Shown: positions 39,940-49,486, numbered from the stretch's first letter. The stretch is DNA of 64,000 nucleotides from an uncultured Methanomicrobiales archaeon (GCA_963758915.1 CAVWXH010000015.1:1-64000); one strand, 5' to 3'. Notes: generated from the sequence alone by a model not told the origin. Numbers and translations: made by a program.

Positions 39940-39960
39940 TCCGGAATCAAAAACCTTACT

Positions 39961-40117
39961 AAGGTAAACTTATGTCTGTTACTATATGCAGGAGAGGCAC
40001 GGATATTGTGCAGGTAACAGGCGCCTCCTTTTTCTTCTTTAGGTAGGGGACCGGTGCTATAGCCGGATCCCCTGTATAGGCATTATAGAGAGTTTACCGG
40101 ATGGTGTTTTTATCATG
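39961..40117 (+). promoter_or_regulatory. Structured 5' leader with Phe-rich uORF, copy 2 (candidate attenuator)
   Basis: Stems: ggtaaact(39963-70)/agtttacc(40091-98); gtctgttac(39974-82)/gtaacaggc(40014-22); aggggaccgg/ccggatcccct (40045-40073). Then ggtg SD and ATG 40115. Confidence 0.8.
39972..40046 (+). CDS. Putative Phe-rich leader peptide MSVTICRRGTDIVQVTGASFFFFR (24 aa)
   Basis: Manual translation. Differs in length from copy 1 by exactly 2 codons, so the frame is preserved; ends ttt ttc ttc ttt agg tag. Confidence 0.75.
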   Translation: MSVTICRRGTDIVQVTGASFFFFR

Positions 40118-40246
40118 TGTAAAATTTTTCTAATCCCACATAATGAGGCAAAAAGGCGGAATGACAGCATTACTATCGAGGACACATGCCCCTGTCTCGC
40201 CGATGGTATGGCCTGCAGGAATCTTTCAGCCCGGAGGACATTCTGA
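40115..40246 (+). CDS. Putative 43-aa Cys-containing small ORF coupled to the binding-protein gene
   Basis: MCKIFLIPHNEAKRRNDSITIEDTCPCLADGMACRNLSARRTF; ggtg SD at the conserved leader position; TGATG overlap with the next start. Confidence 0.45.
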   Translation: MCKIFLIPHNEAKRRNDSITIEDTCPCLADGMACRNLSARRTF

Positions 40247-41571
40247 TGAGAACCAGCACGATTATTCTGGTATTAATGGCGGTGGGGCTTATCCTCGGAG
40301 GTGTTGCCATTTCAGGATGCACCCAGCAAGCCTCTGCATCGCCAAATGAGGTTAAGATCGGGGTTGTCGCGTCATTAACCGGCCCCGCGAGTGCGACAGG
40401 GAAAGACATGTGGCAATCGGCACAAATTGCCGCTGATGAAATAAATGCCAATGGAGGGGTTTATGTACAGGAGTTCGGGAAGAAAATCCCGGTAAAAGTA
40501 ATTGTCGGTGATGATGAATCAACCCGTGAAGGCGGCCAGAAAGCCGTTACAAAACTTATTTCCTCTGATAAGGTCGATGCCCTTGTCGGTGGTTTTTCGA
40601 GCGCCGTGACGACGGCACACCAGTCTGTTGTTGCAGAATACAAGGTGCCTTACGTCATAACCGGGGCATCAAGCCCGACCATCACGAGGAGGACGGATAT
40701 TGATACATCCTACATGTATCACTTCTGCCCGACTACCGATGATTACGGGGGCCAGACGACCAGGTTTATCAGCAACTTCCTCAGGCCGGCCATTTACAGA
40801 AAATTTAATTTCAGTGAAGACAGGCCCCTGAGGCTCGCAATTATTTACCAGGACAGTCCCTATGGGAAAGGAGTCCTCACGGCGGTTGAAAACACGATAA
40901 AGAAGGAGAATTTACCTGTCAGGATTGTGAGCAACGAATCGTTTAAAATGGGGGAAACCGACTTCAGGACATTGCTCACCAATGTCAAGGCTTCCCAACC
41001 CGACGTGATTTATTCAGCAGCCTTCCTGAATGAACAGGCGCCCATGATCACTCAGGGCCGGAGGGATGTCGGGATGAACACCATATTCGTGGTGGTCGAG
41101 TGCAACGACGATCCGGATTATTACAAGGGTCTCAGCAGGTATGGCGAAGGATCAATCATTGAAAGCCATTTCAGCCCATATACTGTGCCCAATGGGACTA
41201 CGTCCAACGCTGCAATTGCATTCAAGAGTGACTACCAGAAAAAGTGGGGCGGACTCCCCGGCATGATGGGTGCTACAACCTATGAGGGGGTAAAAATTGT
41301 TGCAAATGCAGTAGGGCAGGCGGGTTCACTCGATAAAACAAAGATCAAGGATGCCCTTGGGGCAACAAACATGCCTGAAACAATAGAGGCGATGAAGGAT
41401 GGGAAAATCTCTTTCTCAAAGGACGCCCGTGAGGCTGCCTTCAACCTCTACATGGAACAGCTTGTCTGGAACGAGACTGTCCAGGAACTACGGCCGAATA
41501 TTATTTATCCTGCTGAACTGAGCCAGGGCAGTTTTGTACTCCCTGACTGGTACCAGCCGGGAACAACCTGA
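40246..41571 (+). CDS. LivJ/LivK-like ABC substrate-binding lipoprotein
   Basis: Signal peptide with ISGC lipobox, KIGVVASLTGP, EINANGG, GGFSS, GETDFRTLL; ggagga SD. No permease or ATPase adjacent. Confidence 0.92.
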   Translation: MRTSTIILVLMAVGLILGGVAISGCTQQASASPNEVKIGVVASLTGPASATGKDMWQSAQIAADEINANGGVYVQEFGKKIPVKVIVGDDESTREGGQKAVTKLISSDKVDALVGGFSSAVTTAHQSVVAEYKVPYVITGASSPTITRRTDIDTSYMYHFCPTTDDYGGQTTRFISNFLRPAIYRKFNFSEDRPLRLAIIYQDSPYGKGVLTAVENTIKKENLPVRIVSNESFKMGETDFRTLLTNVKASQPDVIYSAAFLNEQAPMITQGRRDVGMNTIFVVVECNDDPDYYKGLSRYGEGSIIESHFSPYTVPNGTTSNAAIAFKSDYQKKWGGLPGMMGATTYEGVKIVANAVGQAGSLDKTKIKDALGATNMPETIEAMKDGKISFSKDAREAAFNLYMEQLVWNETVQELRPNIIYPAELSQGSFVLPDWYQPGTT

Positions 41572-41678
41572 GCCGGGGTTCCTGCGGATAACCGGGATCC
41601 CTCCAGAACCTCAGTATTTTTTTGGGTGGTCCCAACGGCTGGGAGCCAAAAAAACGATTGCTGGTTTTAATGTAATCT

Positions 41679-42179
41679 CTATACGATTTCTTTGAATACT
41701 TTTTTAAATGCACTGCAGATCGGGCACCTTTCCGGGGGTTCACCACGGAAGATGTTCCCGCAGATCGGACAAAGGATGACTTTCTGCGCGGAAAGGTCGT
41801 GCCCTGCACTGATCGCCTTCAATGCCTCCTTGTAAAGATTGGCGTGGACTTCTTCTGCTTTCATTGCATATGTGAAGGCGATGACTGCATCGCTCTGTTT
41901 CTCTGCTTCCCCTTCCTTAACGAAACCCGGGTACATCTCGGTATATTCGTGAGTCTCTCCGGTAACGGAAGCTTTTAAGTTGTCTTCAGTTTTACCGATT
42001 GACCCAAGCACTTTCAGGAGTCGCTTTGCATGAATCGCTTCCGCTTCTGATGCAGCGGTGAAGAGCTTTGCAACATTGGTAAACCCTTCATCCTTTGCCT
42101 TGTCAGCGAATGCCGAATATTTTCGGTTTGCCTGCGATTCCCCGGCAAACGCATCCATTGCGTTTTCTTTTGTTGCCAT
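41679..42179 (-). CDS. rbr: Rubrerythrin
   Basis: AFAGESQANRKY, EAIHA, GETHEYTEMYP, EEVHA, CPICG..CPIC. Confidence 0.95.
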   Translation of the reverse strand: MATKENAMDAFAGESQANRKYSAFADKAKDEGFTNVAKLFTAASEAEAIHAKRLLKVLGSIGKTEDNLKASVTGETHEYTEMYPGFVKEGEAEKQSDAVIAFTYAMKAEEVHANLYKEALKAISAGHDLSAQKVILCPICGNIFRGEPPERCPICSAFKKVFKEIV

Positions 42180-42427
42180 GATCATCTAGTGGGGCAAAAT
42201 AAGTAATAACTGTATTCATCGTTCTGGTACCGGAGTGACAATACTGTTGTGTACCATTTTTAGAGAATTGTGATCCTGTGTAGGGATAATCAAAAAAACA
42301 GATAGTATTCCGGAACCCTTTTACACCATCACCACACCACGCTGATATCTGAAATACTTCCGGCAGAGCCCATGGTTAGAACCGGCCGGTTGAAGATATT
42401 TCCGGGTGACAGGACACGGAGGTCGGT

Positions 42428-43096
42428 ATGAGGAAAATGAAGCAGATGCCGGAGCGTGACCGGCCAAGGGAACGGATACGTCGTCTTGGTCCTGGGGCGC
42501 TTTCTGACAGGGACTTAATTGCAGCCATTATAGGCAGGGGTATCCCTGGAAGGGACGTGCTGGTGGTGGCAGGAGATATAGAGAAAGAACTGAGTTCCGG
42601 CAGGGAGCACCTGACCTATGAAAAACTGGAGGAGATCCAGGGCGTGGGACCGACAAAAGCCGCACAAATATCTGCATGTTTCGAACTATCACGCCGATAC
42701 CCGGTTAAAGATGATGCTGCGGCTCATAAAATAACCCGTCCGGAAGACGCCCTGCCCCTCCTCCATGGAATTTCAAACAAGAAACAGGAGTATTTCATCT
42801 GCATTACCATGAACGGGGCAGGGGAGGTTATAGGGAACCGTATCATAACCGTCGGACTGCTGAACCACAGCCTTGTCCACCCCAGGGAGGTCTTTGCCGA
42901 TGCGATTACGGACCGGGCTGCATCGATCATCTGTGTCCATAATCACCCGTCCGGGACACTTGAACCAAGTCCGCAGGACCTTGAGGTGACGAGGCAGCTG
43001 ACAGAAGCGGGGGCGATCCTCGGCATCCGGCTCCTTGACCACCTTATCGTAACAAAAGACGGCCACCTCTCGATGAAGGAGAAAGGTTACATTTAA
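42428..43096 (+). CDS. radC: RadC/JAB-domain protein
   Basis: RPRER..GPGALSD, HhH GVGPTKA, VHPREVF, HNHPSG...PSPQD, LLDHLIV. Confidence 0.93.
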   Translation: MRKMKQMPERDRPRERIRRLGPGALSDRDLIAAIIGRGIPGRDVLVVAGDIEKELSSGREHLTYEKLEEIQGVGPTKAAQISACFELSRRYPVKDDAAAHKITRPEDALPLLHGISNKKQEYFICITMNGAGEVIGNRIITVGLLNHSLVHPREVFADAITDRAASIICVHNHPSGTLEPSPQDLEVTRQLTEAGAILGIRLLDHLIVTKDGHLSMKEKGYI

Positions 43097-43333
43097 CCCA
43101 GTTACTCCCCGAAACTTCGCATAAATCGGAGTCCTGTCCTCCTTCATTATGCAGGTCTCGTGTTCCTTGCACTACATAATTACCATGCGGGGATTATAAC
43201 CGGGAAATGGTACTACGATCTTCTCAACCCCGCATCCGGCGTCGGCCGCACCCCGGAGTGCCTGGGAACGTAATTTTGCCATATTCCCTCTTTCATGGGG
43301 ACTGCCAAAGAGACCGGTTATATCCATTGCCAT
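43097..43333 (-). pseudogene. Truncated Isf/flavodoxin remnant
   Basis: MAMDITGLFGSPHERGN...YNPRMVIM*CKEHETCIMKED: decayed Cys motif, in-frame TAG, then runs into the radC 3' end. Confidence 0.65.
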
Positions 43334-43488
43334 GATAGGAACGTATCCATAAACGGTGCGATATCGCTTATGTGTCACCCGGGTGCGGTCCGGTTTTCCC
43401 CAAAGATCGGGTAGTTCCATGAAATCCTGGCAATTTAAGAGAACAAACACAACTAATAAATAATTCCCTGCACCTATTACAAAAATAG

Positions 43489-43728
43489 GTGAAAGTTTTG
43501 ACCGAAAACAAACAGTACAAAGCAGGCTCAAAGGTCGGCCCTGGGAAATATGTATGCCTCGATTGCGGAAAGGAATATGAACTTGACAAGAGTGAACAGG
43601 ACCTCCGTAAGTGCCCTGCATGCGCCTGTGAAGAGTACCAGTGTTTACCAATGCATCACATCAGGCCGGATGTAAAAACTCCGGAAGATGCGAAGAACCC
43701 ACCAAAGCGTGGCCAGAGCAACCAGTAA
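43489..43728 (+). CDS. Small zinc-ribbon protein
   Basis: GPGKYVCLDCG...CPAC; GTG start. Confidence 0.75.
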   Translation: MKVLTENKQYKAGSKVGPGKYVCLDCGKEYELDKSEQDLRKCPACACEEYQCLPMHHIRPDVKTPEDAKNPPKRGQSNQ

Positions 43729-43857
43729 TACAATTTTTTTCTTCATCAGACTGGCGGAACATACGAACACCGGTAATGGATAGATCTCATACGCAGATCC
43801 TGTTCATGACCGGAAAGGCAGTATGCCTTTCCAGAATATTCCAAAGGATTGAGCACG

Positions 43858-43986
43858 ATGGTAAATGTATCGAAAGAAGGACAGGTCTACGAATGCGAGA
43901 TCTGTGGCAATGTAGTGGTAGTAAAGGCAGTAGGCGGGGGAGAACTCGTCTGTTGCGGTGAACCGATGAAACTTATCGAAGGGTGA
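43858..43986 (+). CDS. Desulforedoxin-like protein (stand-alone FeS4 domain, 42 aa)
   Basis: Manual translation [42 protein letters not shown] (CxxC..CCG.PM); below the ORF-track cutoff. Confidence 0.9.
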   Translation: MVNVSKEGQVYECEICGNVVVVKAVGGGELVCCGEPMKLIEG

Positions 43987-43991
43987 ATGAA

Positions 43992-44336
43992 ATGGCAAAA
44001 GATATGGATGAACTTGAAAAGAAAATAGGAAAGGTCCCGAAATTCTTCAGGGAACTGACTGACAAAGACCCCGTAATGTTTGATATGGTGATGAAACTTG
44101 AGGGCCATATCTGGGACGACGGGGCCCTGACAAAAAAGACCAAGAAACTTATCGCAATTGCGATTGCTGCATCACTCCGTGACCAGCATGCCGTGCATGC
44201 GCAGCTGATTGGTGCCGAGAGTCTCGGAGTGACAAAGAAAGAGGTCGAAGAGGCACTCAGGGTCGCATTCCTGCTTGCAGGCATGCCGGCATATGTCTAT
44301 GGAAAAGCACAGCTTGATGAAGTAATGAAGAAGTAA
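43992..44336 (+). CDS. Carboxymuconolactone decarboxylase (CMD/AhpD-like) family protein
   Basis: GALTKKTKKLIAIAIAA...GVTKKEVEEAL..AGMPA. Confidence 0.88.
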   Translation: MAKDMDELEKKIGKVPKFFRELTDKDPVMFDMVMKLEGHIWDDGALTKKTKKLIAIAIAASLRDQHAVHAQLIGAESLGVTKKEVEEALRVAFLLAGMPAYVYGKAQLDEVMKK

Positions 44337-44348
44337 GGAGGAAACTGC

Positions 44349-44996
44349 ATGTGTGGAGAAATGGGGTCAGGCCGGATGCCCGCAATCGGTGAACCGGCAC
44401 CGGAATTCGCCGCAGAGACCACGCAGGGCCCGCTTAAACTTTCTGACCTGAAAGGGAAGTGGGTCGTCATGTTCTCACACCCTGCAGATTTCACGCCGGT
44501 CTGTACGACCGAGTTCCTGGCATTCGCAGCTGTGCATGATGAGCTCAAGGCAATGAATGTGCAGCTAATCGGCCTTTCGGTGGACAGCGTATCTGCCCAC
44601 CTTGCATGGGTGCATGCAGTGAAGGAGAAGATGGGGGTGGATATCCCGTTCCCGATCATCGCAGACCTTTCGATGAATATTGCAAAGAGTTATGGCATGA
44701 TCCACGCGGGACAGAGCACCACCGCAACAGTCCGCTGTGTATTCTTTATCGATGACAAGGGGATCACGAGGGCGATGATCTATTACCCGTTGCAGAACGG
44801 GAGGTATATCCCGGAGATCATCCGGCTCGTGAAAGCACTCCAGATGACCGATAAGAACAAGGTTTCAACACCTGCAAACTGGCAGCCTGGTGACAAGGTC
44901 GTAGTCCCACCCCCGAAGACCGCGGCTGAAATGGCAAAGCGGCCGACAGAGGGTTACGAGTGCAAAGACTGGTACCTCTGTTTCAAGTCAGTCTGA
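44349..44996 (+). CDS. Peroxiredoxin (archaeal Prx6-type)
   Basis: FSHPADFTPVCTTEF, GLSVDS, TPANWQPGD, CKDWYLC. Confidence 0.95.
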   Translation: MCGEMGSGRMPAIGEPAPEFAAETTQGPLKLSDLKGKWVVMFSHPADFTPVCTTEFLAFAAVHDELKAMNVQLIGLSVDSVSAHLAWVHAVKEKMGVDIPFPIIADLSMNIAKSYGMIHAGQSTTATVRCVFFIDDKGITRAMIYYPLQNGRYIPEIIRLVKALQMTDKNKVSTPANWQPGDKVVVPPPKTAAEMAKRPTEGYECKDWYLCFKSV

Positions 44997-45045
44997 AAAA
45001 TTCATCAACAATCTTTTTTTATCCTACGCCACCAAAGGCTCATTC

Positions 45046-45669
45046 ATGCCCATAAAGGTCCTTGCATTCGCGTCGAGCCCGCGGAGGGGCGGGAATTCCG
45101 AGACGCTCCTTGACTGGATGCTTGCATCAATGAGTCTTGAGAGCGATGTGGCCGTTGAGAAGATTGTACTGATTGATGCGGATGTTAATCCCTGCCGGGG
45201 ATGCAATGCCTGCGAAAAGCTCAACCATTGTGTCCAGAGAGACGGGATGGACAGTGTTCATGATAAAATAATCGAGGCGGATATCATCGTGTTCGCATCT
45301 CCTATCTTCTGCATGGGTATCCCGGCACAGGGGAAATCCTTAATCGACCGTGCACAGGTGTTCAGGTCAAGAAAATACGTCCTGAAACTCCCGGTCGTCC
45401 CGCCTGAGCGCAAAGGTAAACGGATGGGCATTTACCTGGGGACCGCAGGGCAAACGTGGGAAAATGTTTTTGACGGGGCGATCATGTCGGTCAAATGCCT
45501 TTTCCATGTGATTGAGGTACGGGACCGCGATATCCGGTACCTGTTCATCAGGGGAGTTGATGAAAAAGGTGCAGTCCTTTCACACCCAACGGCAAAAACT
45601 GATGCGGAACAGCTCGGTCATTCGGTAATCGCCGAACTGAGGGGCAGGCTCCAGAGTGAGAGTGCATGA
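45046..45669 (+). CDS. Iron-sulfur flavoprotein (Isf family)
   Basis: SSPRRGGNS, PCRGCNACEKLNHC, ASPIF, KSLIDR. Confidence 0.9.
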   Translation: MPIKVLAFASSPRRGGNSETLLDWMLASMSLESDVAVEKIVLIDADVNPCRGCNACEKLNHCVQRDGMDSVHDKIIEADIIVFASPIFCMGIPAQGKSLIDRAQVFRSRKYVLKLPVVPPERKGKRMGIYLGTAGQTWENVFDGAIMSVKCLFHVIEVRDRDIRYLFIRGVDEKGAVLSHPTAKTDAEQLGHSVIAELRGRLQSESA

Positions 45670-46271
45670 CGGTAACGGTCATCGGGATCTCGGGCAGCCC
45701 GCACCGGCACGGAAATACCGAGACACTGCTGGATAGTTTTCTCGACGGTGCTGCACACGCCGGTGCAGACACTGACAAGATTATTTTAAGATCTATGAAT
45801 TACACGCCGTGCCGGGGATGCAACGCCTGCCATAAGACAGGGGAATGCATCGTCCAGGACGACGCCGAGATAATCATTGAACGGGTCATGTCCTGTGACG
45901 GCCTTGCTGTTGCCTCGCCAATCTACAGCATGGGGATTACAGCAGAACTGAAGGGGCTGATCGACCGGGCCCAGTACATCTGGGCACAAAAGTTCATACT
46001 GAAGACCCGTTTTTACCAGGACGAGGTAATCCGGCACCATAAAGGGATATTCATTTCAACCGCCGGTCTCCCGTGGGAAAATGTTTTTGATGCGGCATTT
46101 CCTGCGATCACGGCATTTTTCAACACGCTTGGCATCGAATATTATGACAATATCATTGCCAATGATATGGACACCTATAAGGGGATCCAGGGGCATCCGA
46201 CTGCACTGACTGAGGCATTCACAAAAGGGGAAAAAGTTGTCAGGGTTATCGAATCGCTCAAAACGAAATAA
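45666..46271 (+). CDS. Iron-sulfur flavoprotein (Isf family)
   Basis: GSPHRHGNT, PCRGCNACHKTGEC, ASPIY, KGLIDR; ATGA overlap. Confidence 0.9.
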   Translation: MTVTVIGISGSPHRHGNTETLLDSFLDGAAHAGADTDKIILRSMNYTPCRGCNACHKTGECIVQDDAEIIIERVMSCDGLAVASPIYSMGITAELKGLIDRAQYIWAQKFILKTRFYQDEVIRHHKGIFISTAGLPWENVFDAAFPAITAFFNTLGIEYYDNIIANDMDTYKGIQGHPTALTEAFTKGEKVVRVIESLKTK

Positions 46272-46318
46272 GAGCGGGTGATTACCCTTTCCAGGGTACC
46301 TGTTTCACTCCTGTCTTT

Positions 46319-47485
46319 TCACTGATCCATTAACCTGACCGGCACCCGGATACCACTCACGGTATCAAATTCGAGGACCCGTTGTTCCACCCGTCGGACC
46401 ATCCCGGTACTCGTCAGGATCAACGAGGACTCCCCAATAATCGCTCGTAAAATACACTTGTCAATCACACCATAGGTAAAATCAAGGGCGATGTGATTAT
46501 CTGCAGCATGCTGTTTCGCCCGGGTCCCCATCGCACCTATTGATACACCCTGGTGAGACGCGAGCCACCCTGGTAATGAATCATGCGGGGATGAATCAAC
46601 ATCAAAGACACTGATTGTCCCGGGGGACGCATGGCAGCAGGGAGTTTTCTTAAACGCCACATCTATCACCTGCAGCATGTCAAGGACAGTCCTTGGCTTT
46701 CTGTCAGGTAGTGAATACCCCCGCTTTTCGAGTTCGAAATAAATATCGAGCAGGATCGGCATCGACAGGTGTGCCTGCCTGACATATTCAGGCCTGCCAA
46801 ATGCCACATCAGGTATCGCTTCCTGGAGAATCCTGCCCTCTAACAGGAGGATTGCACGGTCAGCCCACGGGTACGCGAGCTCAATGTCATGTGTTGATAT
46901 GATAATGGTCTTGCCCTGGTGATTGAGTTCATCAAGAAGTTCCATGATGTCCTCTGAACCTGATGGATCAAGACCGCTGGTTGGTTCATCAAAAACGAGG
47001 AGGTCAGGGTCCATCGCAAGCACCCCGGCAATGGCAACGCGTTTCTTCTCTCCACCCGAAAGGAGATGGGGAGGGCGGCGTTCGAACCCCTCGAGTCCCA
47101 CGTACCGGAGCGCCCCGGTAACCGCCTGCTTGACCTCACTCTCGCTGTACCCAAGGTTGACAGGCCCGAATGCTACATCCTGGTATACCGTCGGTGCAAT
47201 AATCTGCCGGTCCGGGTTCTGGAGGACAAAACCCACTCGTTTGCGTAGTTTCCGCAACGAATCCTTATCATAGCTGACCGGTTCGTTGTCAAAAAGTATG
47301 ATGCCTGAATCAGGGCGTATCATCCCGTTGAACATCAGCATGAGCGTGGATTTCCCGGCACCGTTGGGACCTACCAGGGCTATTTTTTCCCCTTTCCGTA
47401 TATGAAAACTGATACCCCGGATTGCTTCCATCCCCCGCGGATAGCGGTACCGGATCTCCCTTGCTTCAAGAATGATGCTGCTCAT
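46319..47485 (-). CDS. cbiO: Cobalt ECF transporter ATPase with C-terminal extension
   Basis: GPNGAGKS, QNPDRQ, LSGGEKKRVAIAGVLAM, DEPT. Confidence 0.92.
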   Translation of the reverse strand: MSSIILEAREIRYRYPRGMEAIRGISFHIRKGEKIALVGPNGAGKSTLMLMFNGMIRPDSGIILFDNEPVSYDKDSLRKLRKRVGFVLQNPDRQIIAPTVYQDVAFGPVNLGYSESEVKQAVTGALRYVGLEGFERRPPHLLSGGEKKRVAIAGVLAMDPDLLVFDEPTSGLDPSGSEDIMELLDELNHQGKTIIISTHDIELAYPWADRAILLLEGRILQEAIPDVAFGRPEYVRQAHLSMPILLDIYFELEKRGYSLPDRKPRTVLDMLQVIDVAFKKTPCCHASPGTISVFDVDSSPHDSLPGWLASHQGVSIGAMGTRAKQHAADNHIALDFTYGVIDKCILRAIIGESSLILTSTGMVRRVEQRVLEFDTVSGIRVPVRLMDQ

Positions 47486-47495
47486 GGGACAAAAC

Positions 47496-48284
47496 CTATA
47501 TCATGACAATATTTCGTGTAATAACCACGATCACTGACGATACCAGGAGGAATAATCCGACTGCCGCCAGTGAGTAACAATTCACCGGGCCGGTTTCCCC
47601 AAGCAATGCAAATTTTCCAGCATAACAACGTGCGTCCATGGCCCGGACCAGGTCTTCCCCGGCATCCCAGCTGGCGATAAATACTGAACCACACAGGGTG
47701 GAAAAGGACACAATCGATTCACGGAACGAGGAATACCCGAGGCGCATCACCTGGGCCTGGTATGTCTGCACAAGCAGGTGCATGATCATAAAGATAGTCC
47801 GGTAGATCATCATCGTCAGGTCCAGGACGGCCTCAGGGATCCGGCACCGTCTCATTACGATAAAGAGGTCGGTCATCGGCGTGGTGAGGGCAATAAAAAT
47901 CAGAGCAGACATTCCCCCGATAACCCTGCAGAATACAAAAATACCCTCGTTGAGGCTTTCCCGCGATATGGATACAGAGAGCCATGAAAACGGGTTCCAG
48001 CTCCAGTATACCTCGCTCCCCCCGGACAGGAGAATGATCACGATGACACTCATGGCTGCAAACCAGAAGGGCACGATGAAGAGTTCCGCGTACGTCCTCG
48101 CATCAACCCGTGCAAGGATGATAATTGACCCTGAAAGCAGGACCGCAATAAAAAGGGGTGCGATGAAACTCGTGGAGAGGAGGCAGAGGAGGATAGCCCC
48201 GAGCCCGGCCACGAGTTTTATGTAGGTATTGACCTCCCTCAACCCGTTCGTCTGGGCAATATCCTCCAGTAACTCTTCATACAT
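47496..48284 (-). CDS. cbiQ: Cobalt ECF transporter T component
   Basis: ALTTPM, MIYRTIF, AQVMRLGY, AMDARCY. Confidence 0.92.
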   Translation of the reverse strand: MYEELLEDIAQTNGLREVNTYIKLVAGLGAILLCLLSTSFIAPLFIAVLLSGSIIILARVDARTYAELFIVPFWFAAMSVIVIILLSGGSEVYWSWNPFSWLSVSISRESLNEGIFVFCRVIGGMSALIFIALTTPMTDLFIVMRRCRIPEAVLDLTMMIYRTIFMIMHLLVQTYQAQVMRLGYSSFRESIVSFSTLCGSVFIASWDAGEDLVRAMDARCYAGKFALLGETGPVNCYSLAAVGLFLLVSSVIVVITRNIVMI

Positions 48285-48298
48285 GGCAGTACATAATT

Positions 48299-48610
48299 TC
48301 AGGTGCTTTTTATTCCTTTTTTCTGGCCAATCCAGTAGCCGAAGACCAGGCCTACCATTATCCCGCCTATTGCCGCCTGCAGGGCGAACAGTGCAGATTC
48401 AACCTCTCCACTGGGGGGGACCCATTGCGGTATTAACGGCTGAATTTCGTCAGGCTGCACTCCCGCCAGTTCCGCTATTTTTTCTGCCCCGACCGTATCA
48501 GAGCCAGCATATTCTGCATTCCCCATTATCGAACTCGTATAGAGGAACAGGGCACAGAATATCAGGACAGCAACAATTGCGAGAATCTCCAGTCTGTACT
48601 TGAATGGCAT
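48299..48610 (-). CDS. cbiN: Cobalt transport protein CbiN
   Basis: YAGSD..PPSGEVESALFALQAAIG. Confidence 0.93.
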   Translation of the reverse strand: MPFKYRLEILAIVAVLIFCALFLYTSSIMGNAEYAGSDTVGAEKIAELAGVQPDEIQPLIPQWVPPSGEVESALFALQAAIGGIMVGLVFGYWIGQKKGIKST

Positions 48611-49302
48611 CAGGTATCATTCCTTGCGGCGTTAATTTTTTCCTCGGGGAACACGTTCATCCGGAGCAGAATGTCGGGTTTGAGCTGGACAATATACTTA
48701 AACACCAGTGCAAGAACGACACCCTCAACAATGGCAAGCGGGACCTGCGTAATAGCGAAGATCCCCATAAAGAGGACGAAAGAACTGCCTACTCCACCCA
48801 CTTCAGCCGGGTACGCCAATGCCAGTTCCAGCGAGGTGGTGATATAGGTGAACATATCTGCGAGCGCACAGGCAAGGAACACCGTGAGAAACATGTTTAC
48901 CCGGGTTTCACGAAGGGCCCGATATACGGCATATCCTGCAAGAGGACCGACAATCCCCATTGAGACGATATTCGCCCCGAGGACGGACAGCCCGCCGTGC
49001 GCAAGGAAGAGCGCCTGGAACAGCAGGACGATCGCGCATACAACAGATGTTATCCATGGGCCGAAGCAGATGGCAGTCAGGCCGGTCCCGGTCGGGTGGG
49101 AACAACTACCGGTGACGGACGGGAGTTTTAAGGAGGAGAGAATAAAAATAAACCCACCGGTCACACCAAGGAGGGGGAGCGCTTCGCGATCGGCGTCCAT
49201 CACTTTTTTCAACCGGTACACACCGTAAAAAAGGCACGGGAGGGCAATCAACCACCAGAAAACCGCCCATTGCAACGGCAAAAAGCCTTCCATGATATGC
49301 AT
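48610..49302 (-). CDS. cbiM: Cobalt ECF transporter S component
   Basis: MHIMEGFLP N-terminus, GSCSHPTG, AHGG, TQVPLAIVEG. Confidence 0.96.
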   Translation of the reverse strand: MHIMEGFLPLQWAVFWWLIALPCLFYGVYRLKKVMDADREALPLLGVTGGFIFILSSLKLPSVTGSCSHPTGTGLTAICFGPWITSVVCAIVLLFQALFLAHGGLSVLGANIVSMGIVGPLAGYAVYRALRETRVNMFLTVFLACALADMFTYITTSLELALAYPAEVGGVGSSFVLFMGIFAITQVPLAIVEGVVLALVFKYIVQLKPDILLRMNVFPEEKINAARNDT

Positions 49303-49486
49303 ACGTTCAATATCTCCAATCAAATTAATTTGTTTTAACTTAACATTACTTTATTATTCGGTACTAATTATCATTTCCTATTTTTTGCATACCATCATTA
49401 ATCCCAAAAATAACGGCAGACTTATTCCAAACAGACAGGTGCCGATAATGCAGGAGATGGATTTTTTTTGTTCCGGAAAAAATGGA

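Noticed and set aside
42428-43096. radC as a marker of an integrated mobile element
   Set aside because: It is the full-length chromosomal type; no integrase, att sites or other mobile genes nearby.
49310-49480. Cobalamin riboswitch or NikR site upstream of cbiM
   Set aside because: The region is short and AT-rich with no B12-box; only weak palindromes.
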